64,000 bases of DNA from an uncultured Gammaproteobacteria bacterium (GTDB lineage Bacteria; Patescibacteriota; Patescibacteriia; Magasanikbacterales; UBA922), in contig OZ246405.1 in the NCBI GenBank assembly GCA_965231005.1, positions 103,204 through 167,203 of the forward strand, read 5' to 3'. Positions 19,358 to 28,302 of the stretch are shown piece after piece. The notes under the pieces are model-generated. The model saw nothing but the letters and a program-made list of their open reading frames with translations. It was not told the origin of the DNA and searched no databases. The position numbers and the translations under genes were made by a program. The first letter of the stretch is position 1, and the number at the start of each line of letters is the position of its first letter.

Positions 19358-19569
19358 GACTTCCTCCTTATGGAAGTTGAAAAATTTTGGCAAAACCAAA
19401 ACCCTCTCTTTCGAGAGGGGGTTATGTTGATGAATAGTAAAAAAATATCAAGACAACTCACTCTCGAAAGAGAAAGTTGTTACGACGAAAATTATATTGT
19501 GAATATATCGCATTTATCATATATATTTACCCTAGCATGATTACCTATATACGTCAATACTAAATAAGA

Positions 19570-19890
19570 CTATATTACATGTAGCAGTAATATCATGAGT
19601 AATATAAAAACCAAAAAACTAACTTCTGTACCAAGCAATACAAGTGCATCTTTTTTCTTTTTTTCAAGGTACAAATAAACTGGCCCTCCAAAAACAAGAA
19701 GAAAGCAAACAAGTGCTGAGACAACAAATAGCATCAAAAACGTTATAGCACCAAATATTTCTGGTGATGATCCAAAAATTTTATCACCATTCATCATGAG
19801 TAAACTGACTAGAAATACATACCAAACAAGTCCCATTGATGTTAGCGTGCCAATTGAATACAGTTTGTGGTTGTTGTGTTTCTTTTTCAT
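19570..19890 (-). CDS. Small membrane protein (3 TM)
   Basis: 106 aa, hydrophobic. A terminator hairpin, CCCTCTC..GAGAGGG + T-run, lies just downstream at 19385-19420. Confidence 0.45.
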   Translation of the reverse strand: MKKKHNNHKLYSIGTLTSMGLVWYVFLVSLLMMNGDKIFGSSPEIFGAITFLMLFVVSALVCFLLVFGGPVYLYLEKKKKDALVLLGTEVSFLVFILLMILLLHVI

Positions 19891-19948
19891 ATTATTAATC
19901 TACAAAAAGTATAACATAAAAAATACTCGGCATAATAGCCGAGCACTC

Positions 19949-21289
19949 TTATCTTTGAGATTTTTGTCTTGATTGTGATTGGCGTCTATTTCTTCCAGAA
20001 CTTTTTCTACGACGTGAGCCAGATGAAGAATGTTGACTTCTTCCTCCATGACGAGAACCACCTCTCGAAGATCTCCCTGTTCCACCTTTTCGGCGACCTC
20101 TTGAACTTCCTCTTCCTGACCCCTGTGGTCGTTCTGGGCGTGGTGGCTTTGGTCGTTGTGGTGGAAGTGTTGGAAGTGACAATACTGGCAATGATTTGCG
20201 AATTAATCGTTCAATTTTTCTTACGTCGGCCTTTTGTGGTGGAGTAACAAAAGAAATTGCTTTTCCAAAACGTCCTGCACGTCCTGTTCTTCCAATTCTG
20301 TGGACATAATCTTCTGAATTATCTGGCAGATCAAAATTAATAACAAGTGAAATATCTTTTACATCAATTCCACGCGCTGCAATATCGGTTGCAACCATGA
20401 TACGAAACTTTCCTTTTGTAAATCCTTCGAGCGCAGCCTTACGTTGTGGTTGAGAACGATTGCCATGAATTTCTGTTGCCGTATGTCCCATGTTTCGTAT
20501 ATCACGCGCAATACGTTTTGCACCATGTTTGGTTCGTGAAAATACAAGGGTTGTATTTTTATCATACTTTTGCAAGAGTGAATCAAGCAAACGCATTTTG
20601 TCATTTTTTCTTACAACAAATATTTCTTGTTCTACATTTTTTGCAGACGTGCCTTGTGGTGCAATTTCAATTCGAAGCGGCAATTTCATAAATGCAGTTG
20701 CAAGCGATGAAATTGACTTTGGCATGGTTGCTGAAAACAACATGACTTGTCGCTCTTTTGGAATTGTCTTAAGAATTTTCTTGATCTGTGGTAAAAATCC
20801 AACATCAAGCATTCTGTCTGCTTCATCAAGTGCAATAATTTTGACTTTATTAAGCTTGTACAATCCTTGATCCATAAGATCTACAAGTCGTCCTGGCGTT
20901 GCAATAACAATATGTGGATTTGTTCTTAGCCCCTTTACTTGAGCATGTTGGGAAACTCCTCCAATGATGACTGTGGAACGCAGCCCAAGTGGACCACCAA
21001 CTTGTTTAAATGCTGCTTCTACTTGAAGCGCAAGTTCACGTGTTGGAACAACAACAAGTCCTTGCCCTTTATAAAGCGCAATCCGCTGAATCATTGGAAT
21101 TCCAAAAGCAAGGGTTTTCCCAGTCCCTGTTTGTGCAATACCAACAACATCTTTTCCTTGGATAGCCCCAGGAATAATTTGATGCTGAATTGGTGTTGGA
21201 GTTGTAAATCCTTTTTGTGTAAGGATGTCGAGAAAATTTTTCCCTATCCCAAGGTCGCTAAAACGACCTGTTTTGTTTTCTTTTTGCAT
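19949..21289 (-). CDS. DEAD-box ATP-dependent RNA helicase with C-terminal RG/RS-rich tail
   Basis: AQTGTGKT, PTRELA, DEAD, SAT and HRIGRTGRAGR motifs. The C-terminal roughly 80 aa are Arg/Gly/Ser-rich. Confidence 0.9.
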   Translation of the reverse strand: MQKENKTGRFSDLGIGKNFLDILTQKGFTTPTPIQHQIIPGAIQGKDVVGIAQTGTGKTLAFGIPMIQRIALYKGQGLVVVPTRELALQVEAAFKQVGGPLGLRSTVIIGGVSQHAQVKGLRTNPHIVIATPGRLVDLMDQGLYKLNKVKIIALDEADRMLDVGFLPQIKKILKTIPKERQVMLFSATMPKSISSLATAFMKLPLRIEIAPQGTSAKNVEQEIFVVRKNDKMRLLDSLLQKYDKNTTLVFSRTKHGAKRIARDIRNMGHTATEIHGNRSQPQRKAALEGFTKGKFRIMVATDIAARGIDVKDISLVINFDLPDNSEDYVHRIGRTGRAGRFGKAISFVTPPQKADVRKIERLIRKSLPVLSLPTLPPQRPKPPRPERPQGSGRGSSRGRRKGGTGRSSRGGSRHGGRSQHSSSGSRRRKSSGRNRRQSQSRQKSQR

Positions 21290-21419
21290 GTGTTTGTATA
21301 TATGACCCGATGTTCTTGTAGGTCATATACTGACAAAAAGATTCGAGTCGTCGTGCTGCTCGCGAGCGGCGCGACTTAAATGAATAACTTATTCTACCAC
21401 AGAAGTTGTATTTTGTCAA
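21290..21419 (-). promoter_or_regulatory. Promoter (TTGACA-17-TAGAAT) plus roughly 110-nt structured 5'UTR of the DEAD-box helicase gene
   Basis: Consensus hexamers at 21414-21419 and 21391-21396 on the minus strand. The UTR contains the GC palindrome GCTCGCGAGC and a 9-bp inverted repeat TATATGACC..GGTCATATA immediately before the ATG. Confidence 0.55.
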
Positions 21420-21434
21420 GACTTCCTTCTTTTT

Positions 21435-21863
21435 TCAATTTGTATTTACCATATACGTTTCTAAAAATTTTTTAATCGCTTCTACAGTTGCGTCCTTTAC
21501 TGTTGGATCACTTGCTGCAACCCATTTAGCAAAATTATACAGTGTTTGATTCTCCACATCAAACCATTTACCATTCCTGTACAAAAATACAAGCAACGTA
21601 GTCATTGCAATCCTTTTATTTCCATTTTGAAATGGATGATTTTTAATCATAAGATAGAAAAGAATTGCTGCTTTTTCAATTAATCCTTTGTAAAATACTT
21701 TCCGCGAAAATGTTTGAAATGGAGTGTGAAGACAACTTTCAAGAACACCCTTGTACCGCGTACTAAAATCAGGAATTGGTTCATTCCATGATAATGTTTC
21801 TTTTGCCAGTGCGTGAGACACTTCTTCCACATCCCCAATTGTAAGAATTTGTATCTTTGCCAT
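21435..21863 (-). CDS. doc: Doc (death-on-curing) / Fic-family toxin
   Basis: HPFQNGNKRIAMTT motif, which is the Doc variant of the Fic motif. 142 aa. Confidence 0.75.
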   Translation of the reverse strand: MAKIQILTIGDVEEVSHALAKETLSWNEPIPDFSTRYKGVLESCLHTPFQTFSRKVFYKGLIEKAAILFYLMIKNHPFQNGNKRIAMTTLLVFLYRNGKWFDVENQTLYNFAKWVAASDPTVKDATVEAIKKFLETYMVNTN

Positions 21864-21865
21864 AC

Positions 21866-22135
21866 CTATTCTTTTGCCAATAACTTGAGTGTTTCACCAT
21901 ATTGAGACACGGTCTTCTTAACAGCCTTCCTTATTTCTTCTTTTTCCTTATCTGAGGGTTTTTTGTCAATCAAGTGAGCCACATCTTTTTTGTCAATAAC
22001 AAAATTGCGACCGACTTTTTTAGCTGGAATATCTCCTTTTTTTATTTTTTGAAACACAGCCACACGACTAATTCCAAGTAATGCAGCCAGCTCAGTTGTA
22101 GAAATAAGATTTTTCATATAGTTACATATTAACAT
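21866..22135 (-). CDS. HTH DNA-binding protein (excisionase/MerR-like), putative antitoxin of Doc
   Basis: LAALLGISRVAVFQKIKKGDIPAKKVGRNFVI HTH. Sits immediately upstream of doc with a 2-nt gap. Confidence 0.6.
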   Translation of the reverse strand: MLICNYMKNLISTTELAALLGISRVAVFQKIKKGDIPAKKVGRNFVIDKKDVAHLIDKKPSDKEKEEIRKAVKKTVSQYGETLKLLAKE

Positions 22136-22171
22136 ATGTTAAGTGATGTGTCAAATGTTAACATATGTTAA
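22129..22171. promoter_or_regulatory. Two copies of 14-bp palindrome TTAACATATGTTAA (putative operator of the HTH-doc operon)
   Basis: Perfect palindromes at 22129-22142 and 22158-22171, 29 bp centre to centre, overlapping the RBS/promoter region of the HTH gene. Confidence 0.6.
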
Positions 22172-22232
22172 GTTTCTAGCCACGTAGCCCATTATTCCCC
22201 ATTGAGCTAGAATCTGTTATCATTAACAGACT

Positions 22233-22730
22233 ATGCAAACCCCATATAGAAAGCCTGGAAAATACGCAAACAAAAAACATGATCCCCTTTTGACCGAGGA
22301 GAAAGTTAATGCACTCAAAAATAGGCTTAAAAAATTGAAAGAGTTACATCCAAAACTTACAGCAGAAGTTGCAAAGCATGCAGAAATGGGAGACTTTTCT
22401 GAAAATGCAGAATACCAACATGCAAAGTGGCAGTTGCGGCGTACAAATAGAAGTATTCAAACAATTGAAAACAGATTAAACCATGCTGTCATTGTAAAAC
22501 CACCAAAACAGAACAACACTGTTGACTTGTATCACAAAGTTACAGTTAAAATTGGAAATGAAAAAAAGACTTTTCAAATACTTGGCTCTTCTGAGACAAA
22601 TCCAAAAAAAGGAATTATTTCAAATCAATCTCCTATTGGTCTTGCACTTATGGGGAAAAAAGTTGGAGACAAAGTAAGAATTATTCTTGCAAAGAAAGAA
22701 GTGGAATACGAGATTATTAGTATTAAATAA
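22233..22730 (+). CDS. greA: Transcription elongation factor GreA
   Basis: 165 aa. N-terminal coiled coil plus C-terminal FKBP-like domain (VTVKIGNEKKTFQILG). Confidence 0.85.
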   Translation: MQTPYRKPGKYANKKHDPLLTEEKVNALKNRLKKLKELHPKLTAEVAKHAEMGDFSENAEYQHAKWQLRRTNRSIQTIENRLNHAVIVKPPKQNNTVDLYHKVTVKIGNEKKTFQILGSSETNPKKGIISNQSPIGLALMGKKVGDKVRIILAKKEVEYEIISIK

Positions 22731-22740
22731 TCTCAAATCA

Positions 22741-22771
22741 AAAACACCCTGCAAGTCAGGGTGTTTTTAAA
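22741..22771. terminator. Bidirectional rho-independent terminator
   Basis: ACACCCTG caagt CAGGGTGT flanked by an A-run and a T-run. Confidence 0.75.
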
Positions 22772-22772
22772 T

Positions 22773-22976
22773 TTATGCTTCTGGCGCTTCTTCAAACTTT
22801 TGCTTCATTTCAGTCATCCATTTTTCTTTTTCTTGTTCTGCATTTGGATTTCCTTTCATTGCTTCCATAACATCTGCATGCTGAGTAAGCCAGTGTGGAT
22901 GAGCAGCTTCTAACCAACCTTGAAAATCTTCCCCTTGAATATCTGTACCACATTGGTCACATTGTAACGTTTTCAT
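22773..22976 (-). CDS. Small hypothetical protein (67 aa, CDQCG motif)
   Basis: ORF only. Confidence 0.35.
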   Translation of the reverse strand: MKTLQCDQCGTDIQGEDFQGWLEAAHPHWLTQHADVMEAMKGNPNAEQEKEKWMTEMKQKFEEAPEA

Positions 22977-22996
22977 AGTGTTTACATTAATATAAA

Positions 22997-23497
22997 TTAT
23001 TCTGTAATAAGTTCTCTTCTATTTTTAACAATCTCTTCTAATTCCATTATTGGTCCCATAATTGCAGCCACTTCTTCTGGAGAAGTATTCTCATCAATAT
23101 CTGGCGTTGCAAGGACTTTGTCAATAAGGTCAGGGTCTACAAATCTTTTAATAAGTTCTTCTCCTGCAGGCATGACAGTTTCATTTTGAATTGCACCCTT
23201 TGCTATTTTGATATCTCGATTTATTCTTTTCGCATTTAATTTTTTATAATAATCACTGTCTTGTTCAGAAAACTGCTGAACTTTATCACTTGGCCAAGAT
23301 TTTGCGTCCCTGTTAAGCCAGTCAAGTGCTGCGACCTGAAGAATATGTCTGGCATTGCGAACTTGACTTTCTCTATCGCCATTTAGCACTCTGTCACGAT
23401 CTTCTGCTTGTCGTTTTGCATCAGCCTTTTTTCTTTCCTCCTCCCATTTGGCCATGTCTGCTTCTGATCTCATAATATTAAATTTAAAAATACACAA
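22997..23497 (-). CDS. Hypothetical charged protein
   Basis: ORF only. Likely start at the internal MRSEAD. Confidence 0.35.
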   Translation of the reverse strand: MCIFKFNIMRSEADMAKWEEERKKADAKRQAEDRDRVLNGDRESQVRNARHILQVAALDWLNRDAKSWPSDKVQQFSEQDSDYYKKLNAKRINRDIKIAKGAIQNETVMPAGEELIKRFVDPDLIDKVLATPDIDENTSPEEVAAIMGPIMELEEIVKNRRELITE

Positions 23498-23535
23498 ACT
23501 AAGTGTATCATTTTATAAATTTAGCGCAAGTAGTA

Positions 23536-23787
23536 TTAGCGATGTTTACACCCAGGCCAACAGCACGGTCTTCGCTTTCCTTCTGCTAGTTCTTCTTTTG
23601 TTCTTTGAATTCTTTTTTTTCTTGTTTCCTCTTTTTTTGCATCTTCAACCCAACAAATCCACTCGTTTCGTGCAAGAGGCGTAATATCTTCCCATGCATC
23701 AATAATATTTGAAGATGATATAAGAGCAGTTCGTAAATCATCAGGAACCGCATGAACTACACCAGAAGCAATAACTTTTTTTTCCAT
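23536..23787 (-). CDS. YdeI/OmpD-associated-family small protein (C-terminal RRPCCWPGCKHR)
   Basis: The characteristic C-terminal Cys motif of this family. Confidence 0.5.
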   Translation of the reverse strand: MEKKVIASGVVHAVPDDLRTALISSSNIIDAWEDITPLARNEWICWVEDAKKEETRKKRIQRTKEELAEGKRRPCCWPGCKHR

Positions 23788-23795
23788 ATCGATCC

Positions 23796-24761
23796 TTATG
23801 TACTTTTCACAGGGAAAAACACACTTGTTTTCAATTCTTCTGGAGAAACTTCTTTTGGACTATTCCAATACTGTTCAAAAGGAATATCTCTTTGCTTTAT
23901 TTTCTTAGCTCTTATGTACATCATTCCCATGGACCATGCATTGCCAACAAAATCATATGATCCATTGTGTTTTATTTCAAGTGCCGTTCCTGCATTGACT
24001 GTACCCCGTACATATTCATCTCCAAGATCAACGTCCTTTAATTCTTCATCAGACACAGCTGCAATATATGTCATGGTCATCGCCTTCATATCCACCTTGG
24101 GATAAAGGCTGAGCCAATGCTTTGCTGATTTTCCTTGTTTTACTACAATGTCTTGAATCAATTGATCAAAATCTTTTGGCATTTTTTCAGCTATGTCATC
24201 AAATCCTACGGTTCTCTGAATACCAACATATGAAAATGCTTCAACATCTGTCATGCCTGCATTTGTCGTTGTTGCTTGTATAGATCCTTTTTCAACAATT
24301 TCCTTTAGCATTCGTAGTCCTCGTTTATAATCCATACCAATCCAGTTCTTCATCGTCTTGACCATAAAGAAAAGGAAAAACGGCATGCTTGAATCCATTG
24401 TCCATGTCACTGTTGTTTCTCCATTCTTTTCTTCAAAAAGAAAACTGGTTACAGCTTTTGATTTAAACGGTTTAATAAAACGCAAATCATAAGCTAATTT
24501 TCCATCTTCATTTGAAACAAGTGTGTTGTTTCCTGAACCAATAATCTCACCATCCCATGACATGGTATGTCCAGATTCACCAGCAACACCAGAGATTTCC
24601 ATTTTGCAATTTGGTTCTGCAACAGTCCATGGTGACCAACTATTCCACGAATTAAAATCTTGAACAATCTTTTTAACCGTTTCTTTGTCTGCAGCAATTG
24701 TTGTGCTTTTTTCTACATGATATTTCATAAAAGTATTGTTAAATATGTTTATAGCGATCAA
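23796..24761 (-). CDS. SRPBCC (Bet v1/AHSA1-like) domain fused to GyrI-like effector-binding domain
   Basis: N-terminus VEKSTTIAADKETVKKIVQDFNSWNSWSPW. Two-domain 321-aa protein. Confidence 0.55.
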   Translation of the reverse strand: MIAINIFNNTFMKYHVEKSTTIAADKETVKKIVQDFNSWNSWSPWTVAEPNCKMEISGVAGESGHTMSWDGEIIGSGNNTLVSNEDGKLAYDLRFIKPFKSKAVTSFLFEEKNGETTVTWTMDSSMPFFLFFMVKTMKNWIGMDYKRGLRMLKEIVEKGSIQATTTNAGMTDVEAFSYVGIQRTVGFDDIAEKMPKDFDQLIQDIVVKQGKSAKHWLSLYPKVDMKAMTMTYIAAVSDEELKDVDLGDEYVRGTVNAGTALEIKHNGSYDFVGNAWSMGMMYIRAKKIKQRDIPFEQYWNSPKEVSPEELKTSVFFPVKST

Positions 24762-24762
24762 A

Positions 24763-24966
24763 TTAGGACTTATATTTTTTCTTCACTAAACTCACAATTC
24801 CAAAGATTATAAATATAACACCTATTAATTGACCACCTGGACTGTCGTCAATCTCAGCATATACAAACATAAAACCTCCTAAGATTATTGCAAGTGTGTA
24901 GAGTAGAATTTTTACTGTTTTCATATGAGGTATATTAATGTATTCACAATAAATTAAGCTTAGCAT
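24763..24966 (-). CDS. Small membrane protein (67 aa, 2 TM)
   Basis: ORF only. Confidence 0.3.
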   Translation of the reverse strand: MLSLIYCEYINIPHMKTVKILLYTLAIILGGFMFVYAEIDDSPGGQLIGVIFIIFGIVSLVKKKYKS

Positions 24967-25041
24967 ATCCTGAAAAATAAAAAAACCAGCCAGGTATAGC
25001 CGATTCTTTTGTGTCCTCTGAAAGGAAATTGATCTACATTA

Positions 25042-25419
25042 TTAAAAATCTTCTTTAAAATCTTTCTCAATTGACAGTTCTTCACCTTTTTTAATATCTC
25101 TCAAAGCAATATCTGCTTCTTGTTCAAAATCTGGATAAACATTTGGATCGCTAAATCGATTTACATGTCTTTCAGGGTCTGGATAATAATAAATTACACC
25201 ATTTCTTTTGTGAGTAAAATGTTTTTCTTCAGATGGTAATTGGTTGTATTCTTCTTCGGTCAATGTTTTGAGATTGTATTTAATCACTATCTCTCCTTTC
25301 CTAAAATCTCTAAGAGCAAAAACACCAAGACCATCATTAAATTGTCCAATAGTAGACTTTTTTATTTCAATATCGTGGTAAATATTTTTCATATATAATA
25401 ATACTATATGATTAAACAT
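25042..25419 (-). CDS. SET-domain protein (putative protein-lysine methyltransferase)
   Basis: GLGVFA...KGEIV, NRFSDPNV (NHSCxPN-like) and GEELSIEKDF motifs. Confidence 0.5.
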   Translation of the reverse strand: MFNHIVLLYMKNIYHDIEIKKSTIGQFNDGLGVFALRDFRKGEIVIKYNLKTLTEEEYNQLPSEEKHFTHKRNGVIYYYPDPERHVNRFSDPNVYPDFEQEADIALRDIKKGEELSIEKDFKEDF

Positions 25420-25635
25420 GCTCTGTCTAGAGAAAACTTGAAAAAATCATTTGGCTAAAACGATTCATCATTGAAAACCCTTTTTTGGATGTGTTCAAAA
25501 CTAAACCATCACAAACACCAAACAAAAAACCACCTCTCTTGAGATGGACTTTTGTGTGCGCCGAATGTGAAAGTCCTCCAAGATCTTTCTCGACGCGTAA
25601 TTGTTTCTTCTGGCCAGCGCGACGATCGCGAATGA

Positions 25636-26661
25636 CTAGAAAATCCCCATGAAAGCAGCGGTACAGAACGCAAGCCACAGCACGATCTTGATCACACTCT
25701 CTGTCCGGGTGAGCGTCCAGTCCGTGATCATGAAAACCACGGCGAACACTGTTGACCCAGCCAGGCAGTACAGAATCCACTGCGAGTGCACCCACTCCAT
25801 CTGGATACCGCCCATCCATGCCACCGGAACACCGAGACAGATCAGGATATCAAATGAGTTGGATGCAAACGCGTTTGCGATGGCACCATCCGCATCACCA
25901 CGCTTGGCAGCAAGTACCGAGATCAGCGCGTCCGGCAGTGATGTCGCAGCCGCCAAGATCGTGACGCCAAGCACCGCCTCGGACATGCCATAGTGATGCG
26001 CGAGCTCGAGCCCGGCCTCGACCATGAAGTGACATCCGACACCGATGAGAGCGATGGTGACGAGCGCAAATCCGATGTGCTTGATGACGCTCCCCTCAAC
26101 CTTCTCGTCGCTGCTGTAATTCCAGCTTTGGACGATCAGACCGATGATGTACACCACGTACATGCCGATCATCACCCAGCCTTCCCAGCCGCTCAAGAGG
26201 TGGTAGCCGTCGCCGTTCGCTTTGCCGAAGTAGAGCGCACCGATGAAGAACGCCACGACCAGCAGATACATGACACCGTCGCGCTTGACCACGCTGTGGT
26301 GCACGGGCAGGCCACCGGTCGCGAATGACGAGAGCGCCGGAATCACCAGGATGTTGAAGAGGGCAGAGCCAGCGATGGCACCTGCACCTGCCTCGAACGA
26401 TCCAGCCATCAGCGCTGCGACGACAGTGAAGAACTCCGGCGAACTGCTGCTCACCGCGTCCAAGGTCGCGCCACGCACGCTCGGTGCGATGTTGAAACGC
26501 TTCCCAATCCAGTCGGTCTGCTCGCTAAGCAGTTCGCTGACTTTCCAGATTAGGATGGTGCAGACTAACACCGTTGCAATTGAAATGAACATGTGACCTC
26601 CCAGGCCGTTCGTCCGAAGAAAATATTCCCGTCGGGTCAAAAAAGTCAAAATATTCAACAA
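25636..26661 (-). CDS. CaCA-family cation/Ca2+ exchanger (YrbG-like), GC-rich island
   Basis: Two alpha-repeat regions (GATLDAVSSSSPEF.. and GVTILAAATSLPDALISV). GC content far above the flanks. Probable start MFISIATV after a GGGAGGTCAC RBS. Confidence 0.75.
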   Translation of the reverse strand: MLNILTFLTRREYFLRTNGLGGHMFISIATVLVCTILIWKVSELLSEQTDWIGKRFNIAPSVRGATLDAVSSSSPEFFTVVAALMAGSFEAGAGAIAGSALFNILVIPALSSFATGGLPVHHSVVKRDGVMYLLVVAFFIGALYFGKANGDGYHLLSGWEGWVMIGMYVVYIIGLIVQSWNYSSDEKVEGSVIKHIGFALVTIALIGVGCHFMVEAGLELAHHYGMSEAVLGVTILAAATSLPDALISVLAAKRGDADGAIANAFASNSFDILICLGVPVAWMGGIQMEWVHSQWILYCLAGSTVFAVVFMITDWTLTRTESVIKIVLWLAFCTAAFMGIF

Positions 26662-26671
26662 CTTAGAATCG

Positions 26672-26713
26672 ACGGAAACAGCTCAGTATAGCATAAAAAT
26701 CCCTCTTTGTCAA
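26672..26713 (-). promoter_or_regulatory. Promoter of the CaCA gene (TTGACA-17-TATACT)
   Basis: Consensus hexamers on the minus strand with 17-bp spacing. Confidence 0.55.
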
Positions 26714-26752
26714 GGGATCATTATCTATATTTTGCTAATATAAGCGCTTTTT

Positions 26753-26846
26753 TGCTCCTCCGGCAGGATTCGAACCTGCGACATCAACGTTAACCCCGAT
26801 AGCATTCGCTACGCTCATGTCAATCGGGACACAGCAGCGTGGCTCT
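26753..26846 (-). pseudogene. Degenerate partial copy of tRNA-Asn (3' two-thirds) with roughly 40-nt insertion
   Basis: About 80% identity to the tRNA-Asn acceptor-3', T-arm and anticodon-3' region (GCAGGTTCGAATCCTGCCGGAGGAGCA). It shares GCCACGCTG but cannot form an acceptor stem. Confidence 0.4.
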
Positions 26847-26852
26847 ATTTTG

Positions 26853-26926
26853 CTCCCCCGGTAGGACTCGAACCTACAAGCATCCACGTTAACAGCGTGG
26901 CGTTCTACCAATTGAACTACAGGGGA
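26853..26926 (-). tRNA. tRNA-Asn (anticodon GTT)
   Basis: Cloverleaf: acceptor UCCCCUG/CGGGGGA, D-stem GTTC/GAAC, anticodon stem CCACG/CGTGG with loop CUGUUAA, T-loop GGTTCGAGTCC, discriminator G. CCA is not encoded. Confidence 0.85.
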
Positions 26927-27220
26927 ATATGGAAATAAAAAATGCCGCTTTCGCGGGCATATGTAGATAACAACAAATACCCGCTATTGCGAATTATTAT
27001 TGTTGTTATTGTTTACAATTTTCATTTTCATATACATAGTATACCAGAAAACGCAGCCTATGTCAAGTTATCTTTATCCTTTTCCAAGGATGCAGGATCA
27101 ATTCCATACTTTTTCATAGCATCTTCCTGCGCCTTTTTCATCTTCATTTCAATCCCCTTGTCCATAGCTTTTCCAAAAAGCCAGCCTGTAATTTTTCTTA
27201 TAATTGCTTGTAAAGACATA

Positions 27221-28204
27221 TTAACGAATTCCAATTATTTCAATAACATCCTCCATAGTTTCTTCTGCAATTTCTGCAGCCTTGTCAGCACCATGAATCA
27301 AAATATCTGCAATTTCATTATGATTACTCATAAGTTCTTTTCTTCTCTCACGAAAATCTGCAAAATAATTTCCAATTGCTGCACTTACTTCTTTTTTCAA
27401 ATCACCGTATCGAATGTCGCCTTTCTTTTCTGCAGTAACAAATTTCTTATGCATTTTTTTATCACCAAATTGTTCAAGAAGAAGTAACAAATTTTCAACA
27501 CCTGGTGCAGCACCACCACCTTCTGTTGCTGTGACAGCTTTTTTCATTTTCTTTTCAATAACATTTGGCTCATCTGCAAGTTCAATGACATGACCAAGTC
27601 CTAAACTTTTACTCATTTTCTTTTCTGGATCTAATAAACTTTTTACACGAGCTGTTTTTGTAAGAAGTGGTTTTGCTTCTGGAAAATATTTTTTGTATTT
27701 ATTGTTAAACCACCGTCCAATTTTTCTTGTTAATTCTACATGTTGTACTTGATCTTCTCCAACAGGAACATGTGTTCCTTTGTACAATAAAATATCTGCT
27801 GCTTGAAGAATTGGATATGTAAATAATCCTGCATTAATATTTTTTTTCTGTGCACTTGATTTATCTTTAAACTGTGTCATTCTATCTAACTCTGCAATCG
27901 GTGTCACCGTATTAAAAATCCAAGAAAGTTCTGTGCACTGGGGCACATGAGACTGAACCCAAAATGTTGTTTTCTTTGGATCAATTCCTGCTGCAATTAA
28001 CTCTGCTGCTGTACGGGTAATTTGATCATGTCTCTCTTTTGCAGTTTGATCTCCAGTAAGTGAATGAAGATCTGCAATAAAAATATACATGTCATACTTT
28101 CCACTTTCTTGAAGTTCAACCCAATTTTTTACTGCACCCAAATAATTTCCTAGATGGAGATTTCCTGTTGGTTGTATACCAGATACGATAATTTGTTTTG
28201 CCAT
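27221..28204 (-). CDS. trpS: Tryptophanyl-tRNA synthetase
   Basis: HLGNYLGA (HIGH-class) and KMSKS motifs. 327 aa. Confidence 0.9.
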   Translation of the reverse strand: MAKQIIVSGIQPTGNLHLGNYLGAVKNWVELQESGKYDMYIFIADLHSLTGDQTAKERHDQITRTAAELIAAGIDPKKTTFWVQSHVPQCTELSWIFNTVTPIAELDRMTQFKDKSSAQKKNINAGLFTYPILQAADILLYKGTHVPVGEDQVQHVELTRKIGRWFNNKYKKYFPEAKPLLTKTARVKSLLDPEKKMSKSLGLGHVIELADEPNVIEKKMKKAVTATEGGGAAPGVENLLLLLEQFGDKKMHKKFVTAEKKGDIRYGDLKKEVSAAIGNYFADFRERRKELMSNHNEIADILIHGADKAAEIAEETMEDVIEIIGIR

Positions 28205-28251
28205 ATAATTTTTTAATCTCCTATAGTGTAACTAATAAATGAATGATAATC

Positions 28252-28283
28252 AAGAAAAAGAGCTTGCCACGAAAGTAGCAAGC
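28252..28283 (-). terminator. Rho-independent terminator after the small-peptide gene
   Basis: GCTTGC tactttcgtg GCAAGC followed by a T-run on the minus strand. Confidence 0.65.
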
Positions 28284-28302
28284 CCATCTCCTTTTTCTCC
28301 CT

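Noticed and set aside
25427-25819. 130-aa GC-rich ORF overlapping the 3' end of the CaCA gene in another frame
   Set aside because: Out-of-frame overlap with a well-supported transporter gene. Likely a GC-island artefact, though a frameshifted C-terminal tail cannot be excluded.
27060-27219. Possible 53-aa minus-strand ORF immediately after trpS (MSLQAIIRKITGWLFGKAMDKG...)
   Set aside because: No RBS and overlaps the trpS stop. Plausible micro-protein but unsupported, so left uncalled.
26942-27487. 181-aa plus-strand ORF overlapping trpS and its downstream region
   Set aside because: Low-complexity AT-rich translation antisense to trpS. No RBS or motifs.
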